Assembly (NCBI GenBank): GCA_035566815.1
Contig: DATMQL010000115.1
Location: 1 to 54,891, forward strand
From: Steroidobacteraceae bacterium
GTDB lineage: Bacteria > Pseudomonadota > Gammaproteobacteria > Steroidobacterales > Steroidobacteraceae
Direction: 5' to 3'
DNA length: 54,891 nt
Numbering within the stretch: position 1 is the stretch's first letter; each line of letters begins with the position of its first letter. Shown in pieces: positions 35,591-43,976 of the stretch. Under the pieces are notes generated by a model, which did not search any database, was not told the origin of the DNA, and worked only from the letters and a program-made list of their open reading frames with translations. The position numbers were made by a program, and so were the translations under genes.

Positions 35591-38278
35591 TCAGAACTTG
35601 TAGCTGATCTTCAGCCCGAGCACGCGCGGGCGCAGGGGCACTTCCGACTTGATGAACTGCGCCGACGAGGTGAACACGCTGGCGTCGCTGTTGCTCAGGT
35701 TGTTGCCGAATACCGAGGCACTCCAATTATCCTTGCTCACGCCAATCGCCGCGTCGTAGGTAGTGTACGCCGGCATCTCATAACGGAGGAACGTCGTGTC
35801 GGGCACGGTTTCCGAGTTGCCGTCCTTGTAGGTCGCGGGCTGGTTGAACATGGAGCCCACATGGTTGGCTCCGAACATCGCGTAGGCCTTGTAGTCGCCA
35901 AAGGTCCGGTCATAGCGGGCGCGCATGTTGAACTCCGAGGAGGGCGAGAAGGCCGGCACGGTGCCCTCGGCTCCGAACGGGTTCTGGAACGGCACATTCG
36001 CCTTCAGACCGGCCGAGTAAACCTGGGTGATGCACTGGCCTAGTGTCGGGCTGCCCGGCTCATTGGAGATCAGGCAGGGGGAACTGGCCTGCCTGGATCG
36101 GTTCCATGAGCCCGAACCCTGCAGAGTGAGTCCGTCGGTGACGCGCGCCGTCAACTGCAGCTCGACGCCATTGACGGTGTAGTTTGGCCCCGTGACGCCG
36201 AAGGTCGTGTTACCGAGCGAAACAGGGTTGTAGAACAACAGCTGCACGTTGTCCCAGTTCATGTGGTACAGCGACGCGTTCACCTGCAGGCGATGGTCGA
36301 GGAACTCCGACTTCACCCCGATTTCGTTGTTGGTCAACGAGTCGGGCGCGTAGCCGCTCGGAGTCTTGTATTGCGGGACGACGCCGCCGGCGTCGTTCAG
36401 GATCGTGGCTTTGTCGCGTTGTGAGCGGTTGAAGGCGCCCGGACGGAAGCCTTGCGAGAAGGTGTAGTAGACCATCGCATCAGGCGTGATGTGCCAGGTC
36501 AGGTTGCCGCGGCTGCGAAAGCCGGTGTAGGTTTTGCGCAGATTTTCCGCGTCGATGTTGGTTTGCCCGCCCGTGCATTGGCCGTTCGGCACGTTGACGC
36601 AACCAGTTCCGGTGGCATAAACGGATCCCGTCTCGAATTCGCTGTAGCGGTACCAGCGCGTGCCGCCCGTTACGGTGAGCACCTTCGGGATGATGTCGTA
36701 GTCAACCGAGGTGAAGAATGCGGTCTGCTTGTAACCGCGCTGTGCGTCCTCGCCGAACGCGGTGTTGTCATTGCGCACGCCGGGATCTACAGCGGTGCTT
36801 CCTGGAGCCGTCTTGACGTTAGCGACGCAGGGCGCCCCTCCACCCAAAGCGGCGGTTAGGTTATCCGGAGTGCACGACGGGATGGTCTTGTAGAGGAAGT
36901 TCATCACGTCCTGGATCTCGAAGTCCTCCCAGTACGCTCCCGCTATCGCACGCGCGCGCCAGTCGTCTGGCGTGCTCAGGCGAAACTCATGGCTCTGATG
37001 AGTGTTCCGCACCGTGTCGTGCCAGGAAGTGACCGGCGAGTAACACGTCGGGGTCGTTCCGGATCCGAGCCCACTTCCCCCGGTGCAGCTGTAGTACCAC
37101 CCGCCCGCGCTGCGCGCGTAGTTGGTGTAGTCGTTGGTCTGGTCGATGTGGCGCACCAGGTAACCGCCGGTATAGACGGCCTTCAGATCGCCGATCTTGC
37201 CGTTGACGGTCCAGGAGGTGTCTTCGAACTTATCCTTGTCGTAGGCGGGGGTGAATGCGGTCACCTCCCAGGGGCTGAGCTTCTGGCCGTCGGATCCGAT
37301 CGGGAATTGCGTGAACTCGCCGTCCGCTTCCATGTTCTGGTAGCTCTGCGCGACCAACACGTCCCAGTCGTCGTTGATTTGATACAAGGCCGAGGCGCGT
37401 ATGCCGTTATAGTCGACCGGGTTGGAGGCGCGGCCCGCGAGACCGTTATTGTTGACGACCGGGCTGCCCGGCACCGCGCAGTAGGTCGAGGTGGCCGGCA
37501 GGCCATTGGGGCAAACGCCGCCGGTCGGCTTGATGCCGGCGTAGAAATTGCCTAAATCGCTGTTCTTGCGGGTGAAGGTGCTCGGAACGTTGTCGATGTA
37601 GCCGCCGCGATGGTCGCTATAGATGACGGCGCGCACGGCCAGGGTATCCTGGATGAGCGGCAGGTTGATGGTCGCATTGGCACTGCCGTTGTTGCTTCCA
37701 TGGGCCGTCGTACCGTAACTCCCCTCGGCATTCCCCTCGGTGACGTTCAGTTTCGGCTTGTTGGTGATGTAGCGGACCGCGCCGGCCTCGGCGCCGCCGC
37801 CGAACAACGTACCCTGCGGACCTTCGAGCACCTCCACGCGCTCCATGTCCACGAAGTAGACATCCAGGTTACGCGCCGGGAACGTCAGCGACTGGTCGTC
37901 GAGGTAGGTCGCGACGTTCGGGAACTGGGCGATGGTGGCGCTCGACTGGTTACCGGCGAATCCGGCGCTCAGGCCGCGCATGAAGATGTTGCCCGAGCCG
38001 GGACCGTTCTGTCCGAAGGTCACGTTCGGCAGGTACTTGATGGCCTCATCGAAGTTCGTGACGTTCAGCTGGCCGAGTTGCTCGCCGGTAATCGCCTGGA
38101 TGGTGATGGGAACCTGCTGGACGGATTCATTGCGGCGCTGCGCCGTGACCGTCACTTCGGTAATTCCCTCGAAATCACCCGATTCGGCCGCCGGGGCGGC
38201 GTGCGCGGCCCCGGCGCCCAGGGCGGACGCGCTCAAAATGGTGGCAATAGCCCGGGATAGCTTGTGATTTGATTTCAT
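35591..38278 (-). CDS. TonB-dependent outer-membrane receptor
   Basis: Signal peptide ...GAGAAHA, a TonB-box/plug start ITEVTVTAQRR, a long beta-barrel, and a C-terminal LGLKISYKF ending in Phe. Confidence 0.9.
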   Translation of the reverse strand: MKSNHKLSRAIATILSASALGAGAAHAAPAAESGDFEGITEVTVTAQRRNESVQQVPITIQAITGEQLGQLNVTNFDEAIKYLPNVTFGQNGPGSGNIFMRGLSAGFAGNQSSATIAQFPNVATYLDDQSLTFPARNLDVYFVDMERVEVLEGPQGTLFGGGAEAGAVRYITNKPKLNVTEGNAEGSYGTTAHGSNNGSANATINLPLIQDTLAVRAVIYSDHRGGYIDNVPSTFTRKNSDLGNFYAGIKPTGGVCPNGLPATSTYCAVPGSPVVNNNGLAGRASNPVDYNGIRASALYQINDDWDVLVAQSYQNMEADGEFTQFPIGSDGQKLSPWEVTAFTPAYDKDKFEDTSWTVNGKIGDLKAVYTGGYLVRHIDQTNDYTNYARSAGGWYYSCTGGSGLGSGTTPTCYSPVTSWHDTVRNTHQSHEFRLSTPDDWRARAIAGAYWEDFEIQDVMNFLYKTIPSCTPDNLTAALGGGAPCVANVKTAPGSTAVDPGVRNDNTAFGEDAQRGYKQTAFFTSVDYDIIPKVLTVTGGTRWYRYSEFETGSVYATGTGCVNVPNGQCTGGQTNIDAENLRKTYTGFRSRGNLTWHITPDAMVYYTFSQGFRPGAFNRSQRDKATILNDAGGVVPQYKTPSGYAPDSLTNNEIGVKSEFLDHRLQVNASLYHMNWDNVQLLFYNPVSLGNTTFGVTGPNYTVNGVELQLTARVTDGLTLQGSGSWNRSRQASSPCLISNEPGSPTLGQCITQVYSAGLKANVPFQNPFGAEGTVPAFSPSSEFNMRARYDRTFGDYKAYAMFGANHVGSMFNQPATYKDGNSETVPDTTFLRYEMPAYTTYDAAIGVSKDNWSASVFGNNLSNSDASVFTSSAQFIKSEVPLRPRVLGLKISYKF

Positions 38279-38750
38279 TGCTTTAAGTCCGTCCCTAATT
38301 GCTCGAATCGAAGTCGGGCGGCAGGCGTGCTGACTCGCCTGTCGTACGGAGGCGTGCGCCTGCCGGGCGCCGCCGGGATTGTTGTGTCAGCTGGAGCGCT
38401 TGAGACGAAGGGCCGGGTGAGCTTGCGCCGTGATGCACCGGAATAACATCACCGAGCGCAGGGCTGCACCAATTTCGACCTGACACCGCTTCGTCGCGTG
38501 GTGTTTTTGCAACAAGCGCCTGCTGGGTTAGATGTTAGGAGCCCAATGTTGCAGTATGGTGACACACAACCTTACAAGAGAATTGTGTCGGAAGTCGGGA
38601 GTGCCTCAGTGGCAGGGCGCGGGGGAGTGTAACGGCAGGATGCGGCAGCGGCCTGGCCTGCAGCGCTCGAGGGGCGCTGCAGGCGGGCTGGCGGTCTGGA
38701 GATTCAGTGTCGGGGGATGCGAGCTCGTGGATGCAGCCCCGTAGGTGACG

Positions 38751-39674
38751 CTACGGTTTCGAGGCGGTGATGTATGCCGTGCGGATAGTCGTCAGCGCGC
38801 GTCCGGACTCCACCAACGGCCTCATGATCTCCTCGAAGTATTGTTGTTCTGGCAGAGTGAATTGTTGCGCCAGGATGTCGGTGAGTGCCGGCGCCCAGGG
38901 GTGGGGTGAGGTTTCCAGGAAGGTCTTCCAGGACGCGATGTCGGCAGGACGCATGTCGATGTGCAGTTCCAGGTGAATCGGTGTGAAACCGGCCACCCGG
39001 GTCAATTCAAACAAGGTGCGCTCGGAGAAGTTCGCGATCGGGCTGGCCGCGAGTTTCTCGGCAGTGTCCGGAAACTGCGCGGCTTTCCAACGGTGCAGCA
39101 GCGGCCTGAAACGATCGGTAGGTGCCGCCTGTTGGGGAGGCTCATCGATCATCTTTCTCAAGGCGCAGGCCGCGAACGCGTCGTCCTGGAAGATGGGCTC
39201 GGCAAGCGAGATGCGACCGCCCGGTTTCAGGATACGGAGAAACTCCCGCAGGGCGCCGCTCTTGTCGGCAACATAGGCGAGCACGGCCCGCGTCGTGACC
39301 ACATCGACGGAAGAATCCGGGATGGCGCCGAGTTTGTCCGCGCCACATTCAATGAAAGTGCATTGCTCCCGCACGCCGCGCTCGCTCGCAAGCCCTTCGA
39401 CATGACGGAGCAACGGGGCGGAGATGTCAGTGAGAACGACGCGGAGGGACGGCCCGACGCGCTCGATGGCGCGGAAGGCTACGAGGCCCGTACCGGTGCC
39501 GATATCGGCGAGCGTCATGCCGGGTGCGAGCCGGGCACCATCCAGGACCCGGTCGGCGAAATCTTCCAGGGTGCCGCGGATTTTCTGGTCGAAGGAAGCG
39601 TCGCCGCCGTGACGCACATGGAGCAACCATCTCGACCACTCGTCCGAATCGGTACCGGGTTGGGTGTCAGTCAT
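38751..39674 (-). CDS. class I SAM-dependent methyltransferase
   Basis: Motif I LADIGTGTGLVA, post-I VVLTDIS and motif II/III VDVVTTRAVLAYV...LKPGGRISL. C-terminal ~130 aa extension of unknown function. Confidence 0.8.
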   Translation of the reverse strand: MTDTQPGTDSDEWSRWLLHVRHGGDASFDQKIRGTLEDFADRVLDGARLAPGMTLADIGTGTGLVAFRAIERVGPSLRVVLTDISAPLLRHVEGLASERGVREQCTFIECGADKLGAIPDSSVDVVTTRAVLAYVADKSGALREFLRILKPGGRISLAEPIFQDDAFAACALRKMIDEPPQQAAPTDRFRPLLHRWKAAQFPDTAEKLAASPIANFSERTLFELTRVAGFTPIHLELHIDMRPADIASWKTFLETSPHPWAPALTDILAQQFTLPEQQYFEEIMRPLVESGRALTTIRTAYITASKP

Positions 39675-39781
39675 AACTATTCGCGCCTCGCATTTGAGCT
39701 CAACGCCGCCAGTTTCTCACGAACTCGTTCCCATCCAGTCGATGTCGGGACGATAATCGAGACCGCGGGCGGCGCGGCGGC

Positions 39782-39862
39782 TCTACGGTAATCGCACGGC
39801 CGCTTGTCCGGCTGTGATCCGTGTGCTAAGTCTACGCACTTGCTTTCCGTTTCTACGGTAGA
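39782..39862. promoter_or_regulatory. three TCTACG repeats, the last forming the 11-bp palindrome TCTACGGTAGA, upstream of the amine oxidase gene
   Basis: TCTACGGTA at 39782, TCTACGCAC at 39831 and TCTACGGTAGA at 39852-39862. The last ends 35 nt before the ATG at 39897. Confidence 0.35.
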
Positions 39863-39896
39863 GCTCAATCGAGGGGGGCTTCGATTGGGGGTTGCG

Positions 39897-41510
39897 ATGG
39901 CAAATGAGGGTGCTGGTGCTGCTTCGTTGAGCCGACGCGAGCTGCTGGGGATGATCGGCGCGACCGCCGGTGCGGGCGCCATGTATCAGGCCATGAGCAG
40001 TCTCGGCTTTGCGGCGGAATCTCCCTATCGGGGGCCGATCGATCTGCAAGGAGCCCCGCGCGGCGCCTCCGTGCTGGTGCTGGGCGCCGGGATGGCGGGC
40101 ATGACCGCCGCCTACGAGCTGCGCAACGCCGGCTACCAGGTGCAGGTGTTGGAGTTCAACGGCCGCGCCGGTGGCCGCAACTGGAGCCTGCGTGGTGGTG
40201 ACACTTACACCGAGCTCGGTGGGGCCACCCAGCATTGCGAGTTCGATAAGGACTTGTACATCAATCCAGGCCCGTGGCGGATCCCGTACCACCACCGCGG
40301 TATGCTCAATTACTGCAAGCGGCTCGGCGTTCCGCTGGAAGCGTTCGTCCAGGTCAACTACAACGCGTACCTGCATAACAGTCGTGCCTTCGGCGGTAAG
40401 CCGCGGCGCTATCGCGAGATCAAAGCGGATTACCAGGGCCATGTGGCCGAGCTGTTGGCGAAGGCCACCCGGCAGAGTGCGCTCGATGCCTCGGTGAGCA
40501 AGGAGGATCGGGAGAAACTGCTCGAATCGCTGCAGGCCTGGGGCGCGCTCGACCGAAACTACTCGTACGTCGCCAGCAGCTCGAGCAGCGAGCGGCGGGG
40601 TTACCTGAAGCATCCGGGAGGCGGACTGACCGCACGTCCGATCCCTTCCCAGCCGATCGGCCTGGCCGACATCCTGGATTCGCGGCTGTGGGAAGGCATC
40701 CCGGTCGGTGATGACTTCGACATGCAGACGGCGTTGTTCCAGCCGGTGGGTGGAATGGGCCGTGTGGGTGAAGCGTTCGGTCGCGAGCTCGGGCCGTTGA
40801 TCCGCTACAACTCCAAAGTGATCCAGATCCAACAGGACGAGCACGGTGTCACCGCCACCTATGAAGACACCGGCAAACCCGGAACGAAGCTCACCGCCAA
40901 GGCAGATTGGTGCGTGTGCACGATTCCGCTGCCGATCCTCGCGCAGATCCCGATGAATGTCGGTCCGTCGCTGGCTGCGGCGATCGGAGCGGTGCCGTAC
41001 GCCTCGGCTGTCAAAGTCGGCCTGCAGTTCAAGCGCCGCTTCTGGGAGGAGGATGATCACATCTACGGTGGCATCAGCTACACCGATCTGCCCATCACCA
41101 ACATCGGTTACCCGAATTACGGCTATCACAGTGGCGGCAAGGGTGTACTGCTGGGCGCCTACATCTGGGGCCGCAACGCGATGGAATTCACCGCAATGGC
41201 TCCGCAGGAGCGTGTGATGAAAGCCGTGGAGTACGGAAGTCAGATTCACCCGCAATACCCCAAGGAATTCGAGAACGGCATCGCCATGGCATGGCATCGC
41301 TCGCCCTTTACCATGGGCTGCTTCGGAATGTGGACCACGGATACGCGTGCCAAACATTACGATGACCTGTGTCGGATTGACGGACGCATTGCGCTTGCCG
41401 GTGAGCACGCATCCTTCATAGGCGGTTGGCAGGAAGGCGCGGTCACGTCAGCACTGGATGCGATCGAGCGGGTACATAAGCTCGCGGTGGCGCAGGGGGG
41501 CAAGGCATGA
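39897..41510 (+). CDS. Tat-exported flavin-containing amine oxidoreductase (monoamine oxidase / L-amino-acid oxidase family)
   Basis: ORF 39804..41510; ATG at 39897 with GGGGG 6 nt upstream. Twin-arginine signal SRRELLGMIGATAGAGA. FAD fold VLVLGAGMAGMTAAYEL...LEFNGRAGGR. C-terminal FAD segment IALAGEHAS...GWQEGAV. Confidence 0.85.
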   Translation: MANEGAGAASLSRRELLGMIGATAGAGAMYQAMSSLGFAAESPYRGPIDLQGAPRGASVLVLGAGMAGMTAAYELRNAGYQVQVLEFNGRAGGRNWSLRGGDTYTELGGATQHCEFDKDLYINPGPWRIPYHHRGMLNYCKRLGVPLEAFVQVNYNAYLHNSRAFGGKPRRYREIKADYQGHVAELLAKATRQSALDASVSKEDREKLLESLQAWGALDRNYSYVASSSSSERRGYLKHPGGGLTARPIPSQPIGLADILDSRLWEGIPVGDDFDMQTALFQPVGGMGRVGEAFGRELGPLIRYNSKVIQIQQDEHGVTATYEDTGKPGTKLTAKADWCVCTIPLPILAQIPMNVGPSLAAAIGAVPYASAVKVGLQFKRRFWEEDDHIYGGISYTDLPITNIGYPNYGYHSGGKGVLLGAYIWGRNAMEFTAMAPQERVMKAVEYGSQIHPQYPKEFENGIAMAWHRSPFTMGCFGMWTTDTRAKHYDDLCRIDGRIALAGEHASFIGGWQEGAVTSALDAIERVHKLAVAQGGKA

Positions 41511-41944
41511 GGTGGCTGGTCGCACTGCTGTTTGCCTTTGCAGCCGCCATCGCTTGCGCGGCCGATGCGGCATTCGCTCCGAAAGCCGCCGTCGACAGTG
41601 CCAAGGGCGCGGAGGTTTACGGACACGTTTGCCAGGGTTGCCACATGCCGCAAGGGGCGGGCGCCGTCGGCGCGGGTCATTATCCGAAGCTCGCGGGCGA
41701 TCGTGCCCTGTCATCCTGGCAGTATGTCGCGATGACGGTGCTTGGTGGCCGCAACGGCATGCCGCCGTTCGGAGTGCCGGCCGATGGGCAACTGGAGATT
41801 TTCGCGGCGTATCTGAGCGACGAGCAAATCGCTGACGTGGTCAATTACGTCCGCGCTCACTTTGGTAACAAGTACAAGGACAAAGTGACCGCCAGCCAGG
41901 TCGCGAGCCTGCCGCATCCGGGGTCTGTGACCTCCGCGCGTTGA
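41507..41944 (+). CDS. monohaem class I c-type cytochrome, periplasmic
   Basis: The ATG overlaps the oxidase stop (ATGA). Sec signal MRWLVALLFAFAAAIACA, haem site CQGCH and a likely Met ligand in NGMPPF. Confidence 0.85.
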   Translation: MRWLVALLFAFAAAIACAADAAFAPKAAVDSAKGAEVYGHVCQGCHMPQGAGAVGAGHYPKLAGDRALSSWQYVAMTVLGGRNGMPPFGVPADGQLEIFAAYLSDEQIADVVNYVRAHFGNKYKDKVTASQVASLPHPGSVTSAR

Positions 41945-41993
41945 AGTCCGGGCGGCGCGGCCAGCGTTGACGCTGGCTCTAAAGTTAGCCTAT

Positions 41994-42016
41994 ACTTACG
42001 GTAAGTTTAAACTTAC
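41994..42016. promoter_or_regulatory. overlapping palindromes ACTTACgGTAAGT and GTAAGTTTAAACTTAC upstream of the membrane-protein gene
   Basis: 42001-42016 is a perfect 16-bp palindrome. 41994-42006 is a 13-bp palindrome around a central G. This is an AT-rich island in GC-rich DNA, 17 nt before the ATG at 42033. Confidence 0.4.
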
Positions 42017-42032
42017 GAATGTAGGCATCACC

Positions 42033-42479
42033 ATGAATGCGAGGCTCTTTCTGCGAAGCGCCGCCGTCATCACCCTGCTGCTGACGGTGGGCCATATGCT
42101 GGGGAGTCCATGGACTCCCGTGCAGACCCCGCCGGGTCTCGCGGTCGTCACCGCAATGAAGTCCTATCGCTTCCCCGCGATGGGATTCGAGCGGACCTAC
42201 TACGAGTTTTATGTCGGATTTGGCTGGCTGTTGGCCGCGTACGCGGCCGCGCATGCCGTGATTTTCTGGCAGCTCGCCGGTTTGTCGAGCCAGTTTCCCG
42301 GCAAGCTTCGCCCGGTCGTGGCCGTGTTATGCCTGGAAGCCGTGTGCGGGGCGCTGTTGGAATGGAAGTTTCTTTTCTGGGGGCCCATCGTGTTGTCCGC
42401 GGCCACCGCGGCGTGTCTCGCAGTGGCCTGGAGGTTGATGCGGCCGGACACGGCGGCGCTGGGTGCGGCGGCGGCCTGA
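42033..42479 (+). CDS. small integral membrane protein (4 predicted TM helices), function unknown
   Basis: ORF 41967..42479; ATG at 42033 (MNARLFLRSAAVITLLLTVGHMLG...). Four hydrophobic stretches and no catalytic motif. Confidence 0.6.
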   Translation: MNARLFLRSAAVITLLLTVGHMLGSPWTPVQTPPGLAVVTAMKSYRFPAMGFERTYYEFYVGFGWLLAAYAAAHAVIFWQLAGLSSQFPGKLRPVVAVLCLEAVCGALLEWKFLFWGPIVLSAATAACLAVAWRLMRPDTAALGAAAA

Positions 42480-42489
42480 CGTGGGCGGA

Positions 42490-43905
42490 TCACGGCGCAC
42501 CGGCGGTGCTGAAAGCTTTCATCAAGCGGTAGGTGAATTCCCCGCCTTCCGCGAACAGAGTGGCTTTGATCCGCTCATCCTGGCCGTGCGCGCGCATGTC
42601 TTCGAGGTCGAAGAAGTTCGAGGCCGCACCGTAGCTCGGCATGCCGGCCGCGCGGGTGTACTTCGAATCCGAGGCGCCCGCATCCATGCTCGGCATCGCC
42701 GTCAGGCCTGGCCACATCGAGTGCACTACCCGGTCGTAGACCGCCATGATCGCGGCGCTCGGCGGCGATTCCGGACTCGGGGTCGCGGCCCGGGTGATGG
42801 TCAGTTTCAGCGCCGGGTCGGCGAGCACCCGCTCCAGCGCGGCCTTGGTTTGCTCCTGGGTATCTCCAGGCAACATCCGGCACTGAATGGTGGCCCGCGC
42901 CCGCTGCGGTAGAGCATTTTCGGCGTGTCCCGCTTCCAGCATGGTCGCGACGCAAGTCGTCCGCACCTGCGCGTTGTCTGTTGGGTCGGTCGCCAGGCGC
43001 TCCGCGGCAGCCGTATCCCCGGTGCCGACGGCACGCATGTCAGCCTGTCGGGTACCCGACTCGAACTGCGCCTGGCGCGCATAGAATGCAAGCACCGTGT
43101 CAGTCAGCCGGATGGGAAATTTGTAGACGGCCAACCGATCCAATCCGGCCGTCAATGCATAGATCGCGTTGTCGGGGCGTGGCTCGGAACTGTGGCCGCC
43201 CTTGTTGGTCGCCTCGGCGGCGAACGTGACATACGATTTTTCGCTGGTCTGCACGCCATAGAAGGCCCGCCGGCCGCCACGAAACGCACCGGTCCCCGAG
43301 TCCGGATTCAGCACCAGTCCCGCATCGATCAGGTCCCGATGGGTGCGAACCAGCCAACCCACGCCTTCGTCGCCACCCGCCTCTTCATCGGCCGTGAAAG
43401 CCACGATGATGTCGCGGGCGGGTACGTACGCTTCCCGTTTCAGTCTGAGCAGCGCCGCGGCGACGTTGGCGTCCTCGCCCTTCATGTCCAGGCTGCCACG
43501 ACCATAAATCCAGCCGTCTTTTTCCGTCAGCGCGAATGGCGGAACGCTCCAGTCCTCGGGTTTTGCCGCCACTACATCGAGATGGCAGAGGTACAGCAAC
43601 GCCTTGCCTTTTCCATGTCCCTTAAGTGTGACAATCAGGTTTGACTGCGTTGGGTTGGCAGAATTGGCCACCACGACGAGGTTCGCGGCGGGAAACCCCG
43701 CGGCCAGGAAGCGGGTACGCAGCGCGTCGACTGCCGCCGCGGTGCCCTTCTCGTAAGTGGTATCGATAGAGAGCAACTCGCCGAGGATCGTCCTGGCGTC
43801 CCCGGAAGGGTTCGCCGCGCCCGAAGGATTCGTTGCGCCTGCGGCCACCGAAGCACAGACGCTCAGTAATCCTGCTCCGAGCAGGCCCACCGTGACTTTG
43901 GACAT
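42490..43905 (-). CDS. secreted M20-family metallopeptidase
   Basis: Signal peptide; CHLDVV, GRGSLDMKG and FTADEEAGG metal/catalytic motifs. SD AAGGGGGAG upstream. Confidence 0.85.
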   Translation of the reverse strand: MSKVTVGLLGAGLLSVCASVAAGATNPSGAANPSGDARTILGELLSIDTTYEKGTAAAVDALRTRFLAAGFPAANLVVVANSANPTQSNLIVTLKGHGKGKALLYLCHLDVVAAKPEDWSVPPFALTEKDGWIYGRGSLDMKGEDANVAAALLRLKREAYVPARDIIVAFTADEEAGGDEGVGWLVRTHRDLIDAGLVLNPDSGTGAFRGGRRAFYGVQTSEKSYVTFAAEATNKGGHSSEPRPDNAIYALTAGLDRLAVYKFPIRLTDTVLAFYARQAQFESGTRQADMRAVGTGDTAAAERLATDPTDNAQVRTTCVATMLEAGHAENALPQRARATIQCRMLPGDTQEQTKAALERVLADPALKLTITRAATPSPESPPSAAIMAVYDRVVHSMWPGLTAMPSMDAGASDSKYTRAAGMPSYGAASNFFDLEDMRAHGQDERIKATLFAEGGEFTYRLMKAFSTAGAP

Positions 43906-43976
43906 TCGCTCCCCCTTTTTGAGTTGTCCGATCGGCGAACATTACACCACACGGCACATGATGTTTACGGAGTCGC

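Noticed and set aside
38279-38560. Cobalamin, TPP or other known riboswitch upstream of the TonB-dependent receptor.
   Set aside because: I read the minus strand and found no B12 box (GCCACTG-type), no TPP CUGAGA/ACCUGA motifs and no other signature I recognise. I keep it only as an unassigned structured leader.
38657-38683. The 10-bp hairpin CCTGCAGCGC-N7-GCGCTGCAGG as the terminator of the methyltransferase gene.
   Set aside because: The stem is perfect, but no U-tract follows on the minus strand, so I do not call it an intrinsic terminator. It may still be a 3' stabilising structure.
38532-38744. 70-aa ORF in the TBDR/methyltransferase intergenic region.
   Set aside because: It has no SD, is Gly/Arg/Cys-rich, and overlaps the probable TBDR promoter and the hairpin at 38657..38683. 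It is most likely non-coding.
39783-41408. Very long antisense ORFs. Examples are 39783..41408 (541 aa), 10645..12030 (461 aa), 20856..22223 (455 aa), 27077..28444 (455 aa), 46286..47542 (418 aa) and 13212..14462 (416 aa).
   Set aside because: Each lies opposite a gene with clear family motifs. Their translations are Arg/Gly/Pro/His-rich low-complexity sequences with no motifs. This is typical of shadow ORFs in high-GC DNA, where stop codons are rare.
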